Numbered from the stretch's first letter, positions 9,491-18,893 are shown. The stretch: 64,000 bases of DNA from a virus (IMGVR_UViG_2775506835_000007:13301-77300); one strand, 5' to 3'. A program made the numbers and translations. The notes: generated by a model from the sequence alone, not told the origin.

Positions 9491-10985
9491 TCAGGCCACC
9501 AGCCTTTCCAGGGACGCCTTTCTGGCCTTCCTGGGTCGTCTGCTGATCATTACCTGCTCCCAAGGAATCGTCAAACAAGCCGACACCAAAGTCCTCCATA
9601 GCTTTCTTTTTCTCGGCGTCCAATTGATCCAGTTCTTCATCGACATCCTTGACCCACGGATGATTTTGGAGGATTGTCCGTTTGGATAGAAGACCGTCAC
9701 TGGTTCGGGCGTTGTTAATCACGTCGGTTTCGTTGACAGGAAGGTCCATATTAAAGATCACGTCAAAGTTGTCCTTCGTGAAATCGCCCTTTCCAGTAAT
9801 CTGGAAGTAGACGTCAATGAACAGTTTCAGCCGATGGAAAGTATCTTTCAGTTCGGTTCCCAGGGAATCACAGTCGGCGTCAAGATCCATATACCGGAAT
9901 CCGATCGCAGTTCCGCTGGCGTTCCCCAGGTTCGGGTCCTTTGTATCCACGGCCGACGCAAAGTCATACAGATCTCGGCGCTCATTATCCAGAAAGGCCA
10001 TGACGGCGTCTATATTCAGATCGGCCTGTAACTTGTCAACGCCACCGTCGGCGTCAACCTTGATCGCCAGATACTCTTTCAATTCTTTCAAAAACTCGCC
10101 TAAATCTTGACCGCCATAGTTTTTTAGGACATAGATGAACTTCGCCACGTCCCGAAGGACATCAGCCGTTACGCTGTTCTGCCAGTTGATGTCGTCGATC
10201 AGGTCCTTCACAAAGTAGCACAGGGGAAGTTCTTCTTCGTTGTATTTTAGCCATGCGATCGGAACTTCTTCCCAGTTGTACGCCTTGTTTCCGACGGTAA
10301 AGTGTGGTTCCGTCCAGTCGTTTGATTCGTCGCCGTGGTCCTTGTCGACCTGGAAGTCTCCGGCGCCGGACCCGGCGAAGGTGTCGGTCTTAAAATACTT
10401 CACTCCGCCGGTCCACCAAAATTCGGCGTGTGTGATCGTGTGCTTCCTGGTCCCAATATAGATGATCTGGTCGTAGAAGCGAATGAAGGCGTCCAGCTTC
10501 GTTCGCTCTGAATCCCGCCACAGCGGGACGACCTCTGTCGACGGGACGCGCATGAAGGCCAGGGTCCCGTCGTCGTCGAAGTATGGTTGAATCCAGGCGA
10601 TCCCGGACATGACCGCGCCTTTTCCCAGGCTCTTGATCTTCCGACGGAAGGTCTGGTCGAAGACCTCGTTCAGCGCGGCGCCGTAGGTTTCGCTTTCGGT
10701 GTCCACGGTCCAGGGCTTTGACAAAAGATAGTTCGCCTTCTGGTCGATCAGCTTTTTCAGTATTGGTCGTTCGATCTTAGCGTTCGAACGGTTGGCAACG
10801 TCGTTAGTTTTAGCTTGAACAGAAGAACGATTTCTGTAATACTGTTCGCCTTCCAGCATGATTTTATATTGCTCTGACCGTTTGAACTCCCGAATTTCTT
10901 CGCTGACGATCTGGGCCAAAGTCATAGGTACTTTTTCAGGATCGGACAGGAGCAGGTTGATCCGGTCCATGACGGACAGTTCCAT
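9477..10985 (-). CDS. Portal protein, SPP1 type
   Basis: LIDQKANYLLSKP, VPIAWLKYN, GNASGTAI, ILQNHPWVKD. Confidence 0.93.
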   Translation of the reverse strand: MELSVMDRINLLLSDPEKVPMTLAQIVSEEIREFKRSEQYKIMLEGEQYYRNRSSVQAKTNDVANRSNAKIERPILKKLIDQKANYLLSKPWTVDTESETYGAALNEVFDQTFRRKIKSLGKGAVMSGIAWIQPYFDDDGTLAFMRVPSTEVVPLWRDSERTKLDAFIRFYDQIIYIGTRKHTITHAEFWWTGGVKYFKTDTFAGSGAGDFQVDKDHGDESNDWTEPHFTVGNKAYNWEEVPIAWLKYNEEELPLCYFVKDLIDDINWQNSVTADVLRDVAKFIYVLKNYGGQDLGEFLKELKEYLAIKVDADGGVDKLQADLNIDAVMAFLDNERRDLYDFASAVDTKDPNLGNASGTAIGFRYMDLDADCDSLGTELKDTFHRLKLFIDVYFQITGKGDFTKDNFDVIFNMDLPVNETDVINNARTSDGLLSKRTILQNHPWVKDVDEELDQLDAEKKKAMEDFGVGLFDDSLGAGNDQQTTQEGQKGVPGKAGGLNEKG

Positions 10986-10995
10986 TCGTGCTACC

Positions 10996-12267
10996 TCATT
11001 TCAAAACTGTGATAGAAGAACCGCGTCGTGGACGCTCTACTCCATAGCGAAGGGCCGCCATAGCGTCGTCCATGAACTCGACTGGTTCGTCGATATAAAG
11101 GCCCGTGGTCGGGTCTTTTTTCCATTTCCATTGTTGGACTTCCTTCAAGGTGTTCACACATGAAGGGTGAATATGAATTTTCCGGCCTTTCAAAAAATCA
11201 ATCTGGGCCTTCACACTTCCAGGTTCTTTCTTCACGGGCCGGGCGCGAAAGCCAGCCTTCTGCCAAGTCTTGATCCGGTCCGGCTCGGCGCTGTCACAGA
11301 ACATTTCCACGCACGGGTCAACCTGGGCCTTCCGGGCAAGTCCGATTATTTCTTCGGTGTCCTTCTCGAAGACGTACACTTCGGAAGTGACGTATATTTC
11401 TCCGTCCTTCCAGCCGATCCCCAGAATCGCGTCGGCATGATTATAGCCGAAGTCCTGGCCATAGTAGAAACCGTCAAAGAAGTCGCGGCCGGTCGGGAAA
11501 TCATGTACTTCGAATTTCGTCAGGATCAAACCGCCAAGCTCACCCCATTCGCCCAAGCCATAGACGCGATACCCTTCCGGGTCTTCAACCTTCCGGCGCT
11601 CCATACGGCGGGAATAGGCCGGGTCTATGAACCGATTCGACTGATAGGTGGAATGGTGGGTCAGGACGTCCGGATCAGCCTTGTCGAAGTAACGGACCTT
11701 GATCCAGTGTGTCGCGCTGACCGGATTGAAGGTCATTGTGATCTGGTAATACAGATTCGGGTTCAGTTTGGACAGATCGCCACGAAGGCGGTCGTCCAGA
11801 ATGTCAACGTCTTCGGGAAGAAGTTCTGTCGCTTCTTCACACCATATCCAGACCAGTTTTCCGTTCTTGAAGGTGATCGACTTCACCTTCTCCCGCTGGC
11901 GCTGATCCTTCACGCCTCGGAAGATGACTCTATTCCCGGTGATCTTACATTCCAAGGTCAAGGGGCTCAGGTTGACTTTCCAGAAGCGTTCGGCATAAGG
12001 GCCGAACATTCGGTAGATCGCGGCCTGTAACTCTGCAAAGGTGCTATCGCGATTGGTTTCCTCGATCTTCCTGACGACAAGAAGGTTCGCGCCGGTATAG
12101 CGGGGATCGGACAGCTTAGCGACATAATCCTGGGCGATATTCACAGACTTGCCAGAACCGGCAGACCCCTTCAAAATGCGATAGCGGCCGCGCCATTCGT
12201 TCACGGGGCGGAAGATCGGGTTAAACTGGGCGGCGGCTCTGAACTCAATCGTTGTCGCCATAGTCAT
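10996..12267 (-). CDS. Terminase large subunit, PBSX family
   Basis: KGSAGSGKS Walker A, WCEEATE, TFNP, DFGY, CDSAEP, DDAMAALRY. Confidence 0.95.
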   Translation of the reverse strand: MTMATTIEFRAAAQFNPIFRPVNEWRGRYRILKGSAGSGKSVNIAQDYVAKLSDPRYTGANLLVVRKIEETNRDSTFAELQAAIYRMFGPYAERFWKVNLSPLTLECKITGNRVIFRGVKDQRQREKVKSITFKNGKLVWIWCEEATELLPEDVDILDDRLRGDLSKLNPNLYYQITMTFNPVSATHWIKVRYFDKADPDVLTHHSTYQSNRFIDPAYSRRMERRKVEDPEGYRVYGLGEWGELGGLILTKFEVHDFPTGRDFFDGFYYGQDFGYNHADAILGIGWKDGEIYVTSEVYVFEKDTEEIIGLARKAQVDPCVEMFCDSAEPDRIKTWQKAGFRARPVKKEPGSVKAQIDFLKGRKIHIHPSCVNTLKEVQQWKWKKDPTTGLYIDEPVEFMDDAMAALRYGVERPRRGSSITVLK

Positions 12268-12769
12268 AGTTGATCACCACCGTCACAGGCGCCACGCTTT
12301 CCTGATTGTCCTTTAACATCCCCAAGTGCTTTCCGCACAGTTCCAAGGCCTTCAACTTGTCAACCAAACGGATTTCGCGTTCTATGGCCTGTTCAATGAT
12401 CGGTTCCCCGTCTTCGTCGAAGTCCTTGTGTGGGACATATTTGACCTTTATTCCGGCGATTGTGGCCAGGTCATCCTTGCTTGCGTCCGGCTTCACTTCC
12501 GCCGTGTTCAGATCTATCACCTGGGAAGGGTCGACGAAGGCGATCCGCCCCAGTTCCCGAAGGACGCGGTCGGCGTTGATCCCGGTCCGCTTCGACCTCT
12601 CGGCCATAGCACGGTCTATGCGCGCGCGGATTTCAGGTTTTTTCAGGTTTTCACTTCCGATTGATCCGGCGGATTCCGGAGAATATCCAGCTCGGATTGC
12701 CGCCTGCGTTGCATTTAAATCAACAAGGTATTCTTCAATAAATCGCTTTTGTTTTGCTTTTAATGCCAT
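12245..12769 (-). CDS. Terminase small subunit
   Basis: KQKRFIEEYLVDLNATQAAIRAGYS; KLKALELCGKHLG. Confidence 0.93.
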   Translation of the reverse strand: MALKAKQKRFIEEYLVDLNATQAAIRAGYSPESAGSIGSENLKKPEIRARIDRAMAERSKRTGINADRVLRELGRIAFVDPSQVIDLNTAEVKPDASKDDLATIAGIKVKYVPHKDFDEDGEPIIEQAIEREIRLVDKLKALELCGKHLGMLKDNQESVAPVTVVINYDYGDND

Positions 12770-12780
12770 TGCTGGTCACC

Positions 12781-12972
12781 TCAATCCGGAGGCCGTCCTC
12801 TGCTTGCAGCAGCTCTCGCTTCATGGAGTTGCTGGCACAAATCTCCTCGCATACAAATGAGCTGCATGATGTAAGCGTTCACATCTTGGCGGCCGGTCTT
12901 CAGTTTCGATAATTTATCATCCATCAGTGCTATTTCAGCTTCATATTCTGCTATCACATTCCTGTAATCCAC
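12781..12972 (-). CDS. Hypothetical protein
   Basis: GTG start with SD, coiled-coil-like, first gene of late operon. Confidence 0.5.
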   Translation of the reverse strand: MDYRNVIAEYEAEIALMDDKLSKLKTGRQDVNAYIMQLICMRGDLCQQLHEARAAASRGRPPD

Positions 12973-13121
12973 CGCAATGGCCCCTTTCAGGTAAACAAAT
13001 AGCGCCCTGTAAAAACAGGGCGCCAGAGGAGAGGAAGAGCATGAAGAAGTTAAATATGTCTTTTTGACGTATCTTGACAATACTATTTTATAACAGTTTT
13101 TGACGCAAATGGGGCCAACCT

Positions 13122-13529
13122 TTATATTTCAAATAAATTTGCAGCTAAATTGATGAGAAACTTCTGGCGGCAGCGTTTCATGGTACGCAATGACATCGGC
13201 AGTTTTATGTGATTCATCGGAACATGGCTGAACAGATTTAATCTGATAAATTCCTTTTCTGTATCGTCCCTGGCAAAGCTCCATGCCAATTCAACAGCCT
13301 TGATAAGATCATCCAAATGGCGCTTTCGGGCAATCAACCGTTCCGCTTTGCGCGCTGTTTCGTCATCGCTGGTTCCGCCATGCGGCATTCCATCAGAGGG
13401 ATTTTTGCCCGCCAGGATCACTTCTTCCTCTATCTCTTTTCTTCGCCTTAAAAGGTTATAATAGTCCTCCGCCGTCGCTTTACAACGTTTATAGATTCCC
13501 CGTTCCAGCTTTACACTTTTTTGCAACAT
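13122..13529 (-). CDS. Late transcription activator (RinA/ArpU-like)
   Basis: DGMPHGG.SDDET linker and C-terminal HTH (SLRTMKRCRQKF); last early gene before terS. Confidence 0.7.
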   Translation of the reverse strand: MLQKSVKLERGIYKRCKATAEDYYNLLRRRKEIEEEVILAGKNPSDGMPHGGTSDDETARKAERLIARKRHLDDLIKAVELAWSFARDDTEKEFIRLNLFSHVPMNHIKLPMSLRTMKRCRQKFLINLAANLFEI

Positions 13530-13545
13530 GCCCCCTCCCGTTCCT

Positions 13546-14061
13546 TTATCGTAAGTAATCCAAAAAGAGCACGGCACCATTAAACTTGACGCGATAATGC
13601 TGTAGGTCTTCCGCTGTAACGTACTTTCTCCCAAAAAACTCCTTCATATCGCGCCACACCACCCACGGCACGAAAAAGAAGCGGTCACGGATTCCAACGC
13701 ATACCGCTGCGATTGCGCCCATTCCCGCATGGTCTTCCAGCGCGTTCAGCTGCTCCTGCGTCAGAACGTTCCGATGCATGCGCTCTGTGGTTGTGTACTT
13801 GGCTTCAAACACAATGGACCGGCCGCCTGCCAGCGTCCCCTGATAGTCCGGTTCTGCGGCCGCAGTAAACCGGCCGGTGAAGAGTCCGCTTCCGTGCTTC
13901 TTCGTCACTCGGAACGGCTCCGGTATCTTGTCGATCTTTGCGCGCCGCTGTGCTTTGTATTGCTTACAGGCTGTTTTGATCTCGTCTTCAAAGAGATGCC
14001 CTTGCGCATTGTTAACCGTACCTTGCCATTGCTGTTGCATCTTTCGCGGATCGTTTTGCAT
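13546..14061 (-). CDS. recU: Holliday junction resolvase RecU-like
   Basis: GHLFE, KIPEPF, PDYQG, IVFEAK, QEQ motifs. Confidence 0.8.
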   Translation of the reverse strand: MQNDPRKMQQQWQGTVNNAQGHLFEDEIKTACKQYKAQRRAKIDKIPEPFRVTKKHGSGLFTGRFTAAAEPDYQGTLAGGRSIVFEAKYTTTERMHRNVLTQEQLNALEDHAGMGAIAAVCVGIRDRFFFVPWVVWRDMKEFFGRKYVTAEDLQHYRVKFNGAVLFLDYLR

Positions 14062-14797
14062 TCTTTGACCTTCCTTTCTCAAATGGGCGCAGTTGAATCA
14101 TCCTGTAGAACTGATATGGAATCCCCGTAACCGGCGAAATCCCGTTCTCTACAGAATTCGGATCTATGTAATAGCCCTTTATGGGCTTAGGTTCCTCACG
14201 CCATTCCCGGGCGTCCACTTCCTGTATCTTCTCTACCGGCTTGATAAGATTCCGGCTTCCGGACCACCGGTTCCCTGGGATGCTCTCTTCTCCGTTTGGC
14301 GACAGGTGAGACTGTCCCATGAGATACCAGGCAAGGGCAGAGTATTCTCCATTCGGATACAAGCCTGTAAACCGCATGGCTCCGTGCGGCCAACATGCTG
14401 CAACGATCCGGTAATCAAATGCAGGGATAATCACGTGATGATGGGGCGCGCCCTTTTTTCCATAGGCTGTTACCTGAATGTATTTAAACTCTACCCCTGC
14501 TCTTTTGAAGCGCCTGCGTACACGGTCCAGGAAATTCTCCACGTTCCGCTTCGCCCGCTGTGGATCCGGGCGCTCCTCCTTCCGGTAGGTACAGGTCAGA
14601 AAAAGATCCCCGGGGAAAAAGTTTGCATTGATCTGCCGGGTGAGCTTTCTCCACGCCATCTTCTCGTTGTATTTCTTCATCGCCTCCGGTGTGCGGCTTT
14701 CCCGGTTTCCCCGTGGGATGTTTCGGCCATACCGGGCGGAATAGCTCTTGTGTACTTCTATGGTGATTCCAGCTTTGCAGGTCTTCTTCAGGTACAC
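14012..14797 (-). CDS. HUH-type rolling-circle replication initiator-like protein
   Basis: FLTCTY (motif I), PHHHVII (HUH), LAWYLM (catalytic Tyr), RWSGSRNL. Confidence 0.75.
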   Translation of the reverse strand: MYLKKTCKAGITIEVHKSYSARYGRNIPRGNRESRTPEAMKKYNEKMAWRKLTRQINANFFPGDLFLTCTYRKEERPDPQRAKRNVENFLDRVRRRFKRAGVEFKYIQVTAYGKKGAPHHHVIIPAFDYRIVAACWPHGAMRFTGLYPNGEYSALAWYLMGQSHLSPNGEESIPGNRWSGSRNLIKPVEKIQEVDAREWREEPKPIKGYYIDPNSVENGISPVTGIPYQFYRMIQLRPFEKGRSKNAKRSAKDATAMARYG

Positions 14798-14942
14798 CGC
14801 TCTTCCTCCCTCTCCCGGACATGCCCGTAATGTTAATACTTCAACCAAGGCAGAAAAGGCCCGGACTTTTGCCTGTTGGGATAATACCCAGGGAACAAAT
14901 GGTGTACAATATATTTGCTCTGGATACTATCCGGGTAATGCT

Positions 14943-14990
14943 TCACCCATCGACGGCTGCCGGGCCTCATGTCGATGGGTGATTTTTATT
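14943..14990 (+). terminator. Antisense-oriented hairpin plus T tract upstream of rep (P1)
   Basis: TCACCCATCGAC-loop-GTCGATGGGTGA then TTTTTATT; covaries with the P2 copy. Confidence 0.65.
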
Positions 14991-14995
14991 TTTAT

Positions 14996-15190
14996 TCATC
15001 TGTTGTCCGTCTTCATCGGTATAACATCATACCTGCAATGTGCGGACCACTTGTCCAAAAATGGACAGTCTTTATAGCAATGGTCCATACAAACCATGGC
15101 GCAAAGCATGGGACAATGGGACCAGACACGTACTTCGTTCACGGTCTTATCGCAGATGGGACAGACGGTATTGTCATACGGCGGCTTCAT
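14996..15190 (-). CDS. Small Cys-rich (Zn-binding) protein
   Basis: CPIC...CP...VCMDHCY..C...HC; homolog at 55396-55578. Confidence 0.7.
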   Translation of the reverse strand: MKPPYDNTVCPICDKTVNEVRVWSHCPMLCAMVCMDHCYKDCPFLDKWSAHCRYDVIPMKTDNR

Positions 15191-15456
15191 CACGAATCCC
15201 ATTTGTTATATTTGTGCGCAGATGGCGTTATGTACATCTGGCAGATTGCCACCGCTGTCCTGGGTACAAAGGGCCGATAAGCTCCGTCCTGACCGCAGCT
15301 CTGGCAGGGATACGGCAGCGTGTCTCTACCCATCCCCGGCAAAATTGGATGATGTAGCCGGCAGGTCTCCTGCTTTGTGCAGCTATGGCATTGACAGTTC
15401 TCGCACGCTTCTTTCTGGCTGGTATATATTCGGTCTCTGTTCTCTTTCCTGGGCAT
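15190..15456 (-). CDS. Small Cys-rich protein
   Basis: CQCHSCT...TCRLH...PYPCQSC; homolog at 55575-55835. Confidence 0.7.
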   Translation of the reverse strand: MPRKENRDRIYTSQKEACENCQCHSCTKQETCRLHHPILPGMGRDTLPYPCQSCGQDGAYRPFVPRTAVAICQMYITPSAHKYNKWDS

Positions 15457-15487
15457 GTTCCATCCTTCCTGCCTTAAAAAGGTTGTC

Positions 15488-15793
15488 CTATACAATTTCC
15501 CCTGGCTCCGCCCTCCGGGGTGCATATGGAAGCGGTTCTCCTGTTGTTTGGTTGCATCCGTGTTCTTTCAGCCATTCTCGGATCCTTCTTTCCGCGTCGG
15601 CATCCGCCATGCCGCGGTATGTATCCCAGATTGGCAAAGGATTTAACGACTCTATCGCATTTGTAAATTCCCATTTTCCGTCCGGTGTTCGTTGCAGGTC
15701 CCGGATAAATAGAAACCAGTCTCCACGCTGAGCTACTGCAAACTGACGCTGTCGGTATAAAAGGCGTATTTCTGTCTTCTCGTTTTGTTCCAT
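15488..15793 (-). CDS. Conserved hypothetical early protein
   Basis: FAVAQRGDWFLFIRD...GCNQTTGEPLPYAP; homolog at 56180-56506. Confidence 0.75.
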   Translation of the reverse strand: MEQNEKTEIRLLYRQRQFAVAQRGDWFLFIRDLQRTPDGKWEFTNAIESLNPLPIWDTYRGMADADAERRIREWLKEHGCNQTTGEPLPYAPRRAEPGEIV

Positions 15794-15796
15794 CTC

Positions 15797-16090
15797 TCAG
15801 ACCTCATGATGCAAAGTCAGGGTGTACAGTTCTCCCGCACATGTAAAGGAAACACTGGCCTGAGCGCCGTTATCATCGTCATAGGTATACGCATAGCAAG
15901 AATCCACCTTGCCGGCGGTATACCGCTTTTCCACGTTTTCTTTTAACCAAACCAATTCCTTTACCATTTCCAACGCCTTGACATCCTCGCTGTTTTGCTC
16001 TACACTTTGATTAGAAATGTTGTCGCATTTCATTTTGCCGCTCTGGGTGCTTCCAACGCCCGGAGCGGCTTCTTTTTTGCTCTTCTGCAT
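15797..16090 (-). CDS. Hypothetical early protein
   Basis: SD and operon packing. Confidence 0.6.
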   Translation of the reverse strand: MQKSKKEAAPGVGSTQSGKMKCDNISNQSVEQNSEDVKALEMVKELVWLKENVEKRYTAGKVDSCYAYTYDDDNGAQASVSFTCAGELYTLTLHHEV

Positions 16091-16093
16091 CTT

Positions 16094-16357
16094 CTATTTC
16101 CCCTTTATGTAATCGTTTCTTCCCAGAAGCCAATCCACTTTTACATCCAAAATATCAGCCAGCGCCGCAAGTTCAAAATCCATAACATACCGGTGCTGCC
16201 CTTCCAATTTGGATAAACCGGATGTGTTCAGTTCTATGCCTTTGACCTGCATTTTTGCAAGTAAGACTCTTTGAGGCATGTTCACACGGCGGCGTGCTTC
16301 CGTAACACGGGCACCTACAATATTGCGGTTCCCCAATGGATATTCTCGCAATCTCAA
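16094..16357 (-). CDS. XRE-family HTH regulator
   Basis: GNRNIVGARV...SGLSKLEGQHRYVMDFEL...VDWLLG; homolog at 58135-58389. Confidence 0.85.
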   Translation of the reverse strand: MRLREYPLGNRNIVGARVTEARRRVNMPQRVLLAKMQVKGIELNTSGLSKLEGQHRYVMDFELAALADILDVKVDWLLGRNDYIKGK

Positions 16358-16364
16358 GTCTTCG

Positions 16365-17480
16365 TCATCCTTTCTTTCTGCTGGCAGTTTTCCCTGCTTG
16401 CAAGTCCAGATCTGTTTGTAATGATCCCTGTGTCCAATGTACCCCTATGTAGTCCAGCACCCTACCCCACCCATATACTTCATTTGTAACTGGATCTTTC
16501 ACACATCGGTGCATCCAAAAATTCCATTCTTTCGGGTTGTCTTCGTAGAGCCGGTCAAATCGATGCGGTCTCTTTTCGAGCTGGATTCCAAACCCGCACA
16601 TGGAGCAGCCTGTCCTCTGTGCTCTTGTTGTGTAAAGCGTGCCATCTGCTTGGCATTCTATGGTGCCGTATACCTCTGGAACAGGTACATCCAGGTCAAG
16701 GGCAAGCTGCAACAGATCTTGGCGGTCAAATATCGCAAATGGCGCTGACCGTATCGCTGTCTTTCCAAAGTAGTTGCATCCATTCATCATGAGCGACTTT
16801 TGGCGGCGACCTCCTTCGGACGCCATGAGACCCAGATACGGTACACTGTTGTGTTCTTTCGCCCAGTCATCACATGGCTTCTCTTTGAGGTAATAGCAAC
16901 ACTTGGCGGATACTTTAAACGGCGCACATTGATATTGCACATCCTCCCGTTCATTTTCACCTCCTGCAAACAGTTCCAGCCATTTCTGAGCCATCTTCAT
17001 CCGGGTGCCTGTCCGGTTTCCTCCGTATGCTCCGGTTTCTCCTGTGATGATTGCATGCCGGACTGTGGCATTCTTTGGAGATGGATTTTGTAGCAGCTCG
17101 ATCTTCGACGCCGTTTCTTTAGACAGTACCGGGAACCCGCATTCCTGCAGAACTTGTGTTTTGCTCTTTAAAGGTTTCAGCGAGATGATTCCCAATGTTT
17201 TATGTATGGCCTGAATGCTCTTGTCCTCCAGGGTCGATACCGAAACCGCTGGAACATCTATCCCAATGGACCGCAAAAACAACAGCAAAGTAATGCTGTC
17301 CAGACCACCTACGGATACATGACAGTTCAGTCCTCGCTTGCCACACTCGTTGTAGAACTCCCATGCGCGTGTGTATGCATAGTTTATTTTTGCTTCATAC
17401 GGTAGTTTCTGTTTTACCCGAAACGAAGCGATTTTCTCGTCTGTGTGATTCTCCTTCATTCTCTCCATACAACTTTTCAT
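16365..17480 (-). CDS. PAPS reductase-like (PP-loop, Fe-S) protein
   Basis: SVGGLDS PP-loop, KCCYYLKEKP, RTGCSMCGFG. Confidence 0.85.
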   Translation of the reverse strand: MKSCMERMKENHTDEKIASFRVKQKLPYEAKINYAYTRAWEFYNECGKRGLNCHVSVGGLDSITLLLFLRSIGIDVPAVSVSTLEDKSIQAIHKTLGIISLKPLKSKTQVLQECGFPVLSKETASKIELLQNPSPKNATVRHAIITGETGAYGGNRTGTRMKMAQKWLELFAGGENEREDVQYQCAPFKVSAKCCYYLKEKPCDDWAKEHNSVPYLGLMASEGGRRQKSLMMNGCNYFGKTAIRSAPFAIFDRQDLLQLALDLDVPVPEVYGTIECQADGTLYTTRAQRTGCSMCGFGIQLEKRPHRFDRLYEDNPKEWNFWMHRCVKDPVTNEVYGWGRVLDYIGVHWTQGSLQTDLDLQAGKTASRKKG

Positions 17481-17698
17481 TTTTGTTTTTCTCGACCTCC
17501 ATTCTGTGAATCTTTATCACGCAGCAACCCGCCAATCCCCATGGCCAGACTCTCTGCCGTCGCTAGGATCAGCACTTGCCAGATGGTCAACATACCGCTG
17601 TCCGACGCCATGGCTGTGAGAAATGCTCCGGTCAGGCCGGCAACAAACAGGATCACACCCAGCCTGCTGTGCTTTATGTATGGGCTGTCTTTGTTCAT
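17477..17698 (-). CDS. Small two-TM membrane protein
   Basis: PYIKHSRLGVILFV...MASDSGMLTIWQV; homolog at 57960-58142. Confidence 0.7.
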   Translation of the reverse strand: MNKDSPYIKHSRLGVILFVAGLTGAFLTAMASDSGMLTIWQVLILATAESLAMGIGGLLRDKDSQNGGREKQK

Positions 17699-17712
17699 GG
17701 CTTGTCCTCCTT

Positions 17713-17877
17713 TCACTCGTCGCTGTACAGACAATCGTACTTTCCACCTCTATTTTCACGGATTTCTCTGGCCAACCGGTCAAGCGGCATGCCAAACAGC
17801 GCACGTACCAGCGTGTCCGGCGTAAGAGGTACAGCATCTTCATCAATCACTAATTTTCCCTTGATCTGATCCGGCAT
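17713..17877 (-). CDS. Small hypothetical protein (54 aa)
   Basis: ATG with AGGAGG SD; MPDQIKGKLVIDEDAVPLT... Confidence 0.55.
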   Translation of the reverse strand: MPDQIKGKLVIDEDAVPLTPDTLVRALFGMPLDRLAREIRENRGGKYDCLYSDE

Positions 17878-17987
17878 GGGATCGCCTCCTTTTTTATTTT
17901 GTAGGATGCTGTGACAGCCAAAACTAATCTGACAATTTCAAATTCAGATATTTTTACTACCTCCCCGCTGCCTTCGGGCGGCTTTTT

Positions 17988-18140
17988 CTATGCGGTTTTC
18001 TGTTTGTTTGCCCACTCCCACAATATTTGCAGAATGAGAGCATTTGTAGATACTCCCATGCATCTAGCTTCTTCCTTCAATTGGTGAAATGTTTTTTCAG
18101 GAATTCGGAATGTAAACCTCACTCTATCATCTTTTGTCAT
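17988..18140 (-). CDS. Arc/ribbon-helix-helix protein (50 aa)
   Basis: MTKDDRVRFTFRIPEKTFHQLKEEARCMGVSTNALILQILWEW; AGGAGG SD. Confidence 0.75.
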   Translation of the reverse strand: MTKDDRVRFTFRIPEKTFHQLKEEARCMGVSTNALILQILWEWANKQKTA

Positions 18141-18267
18141 TTGTTTGACGTCACCTCCTTATTAATTGTATCATGTCATCTATTTGACGTCAATAGTCAT
18201 ATTTGCTTTTGTCTGCAATATTTGCTATTATTAAAACGTCAATTAGACGTCAAAAGGAGGTTCGTAT

Positions 18268-18438
18268 ATGTCTGCAAATGATGGTTTTACAAAGGAAACA
18301 GATAAAAGATTTACTCTGAGAATGGAAATTGATCTGTTTGAGCGCATTTCAACATCAGCAAAAGCGCATCGACGTTCCGTCGCCAAAGAGATTGAGCAAG
18401 CAGTCGAATTCTACTTGAATGCCAATGGAGAGTTTTGA
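18268..18438 (+). CDS. Arc-family repressor (56 aa)
   Basis: KRFTLRMEIDLFERISTSAKAHRRSVAKEIEQAV; AAGGAGG SD. Confidence 0.8.
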   Translation: MSANDGFTKETDKRFTLRMEIDLFERISTSAKAHRRSVAKEIEQAVEFYLNANGEF

Positions 18439-18566
18439 GAATTCAGCCAGTCGTTTAAAATAAACATGATTAAATCTTTGGTTGGGTACCCTCGCCTATC
18501 TGCTTCCTGTCTGAGTGTCTTCAACAACTCAGCCGACAGGCGAATCGTTATCTGTTCTCTCTCCAA
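18411..18566 (-). CDS. Ribbon-helix-helix protein (51 aa)
   Basis: TTG start with GGAGGTGA SD; REQITIRLSAELLKTLRQEADRRGY. Confidence 0.7.
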   Translation of the reverse strand: MEREQITIRLSAELLKTLRQEADRRGYPTKDLIMFILNDWLNSQNSPLAFK

Positions 18567-18614
18567 TCCCTCACCTCCTCGCCGCTATCGAGAGCTAAAA
18601 CGTGCACCTTTTCT

Positions 18615-18671
18615 ACACATATAAAAATATTTGCTAAACCCATTGACAAATACTTTTATATGTGTTATTAT
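18615..18671 (+). promoter_or_regulatory. hicAB promoter with inverted-repeat operator
   Basis: TTGACA(18643)-17-TATTAT; IR ACACATATAAAAATATTTG / CAAATACTTTTATATGTGT. Confidence 0.7.
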
Positions 18672-18695
18672 AAGATTGTCAGGAGGGAACAACAC

Positions 18696-18893
18696 ATGAA
18701 AAGTTATTCTTCACGGGAGGTCATTAAAATGCTGAAAGCAGATGGTTGGTATGAAGTAAACGTGGTTGGAAGCCACCATCAATTTAAACATCCAACCAAA
18801 AAGGGACGGACAACAGTTAAACATCCTGACAAAGATATTCCCCGCCCAACGCTTGATCGCATTGAAGACCAGTCGGGGCTAAAGTTCAGATAG
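18696..18893 (+). CDS. hicA: HicA toxin
   Basis: SREVIKMLKADGW...GSHHQFKHPTKKGRTTVKHP. Confidence 0.93.
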   Translation: MKSYSSREVIKMLKADGWYEVNVVGSHHQFKHPTKKGRTTVKHPDKDIPRPTLDRIEDQSGLKFR

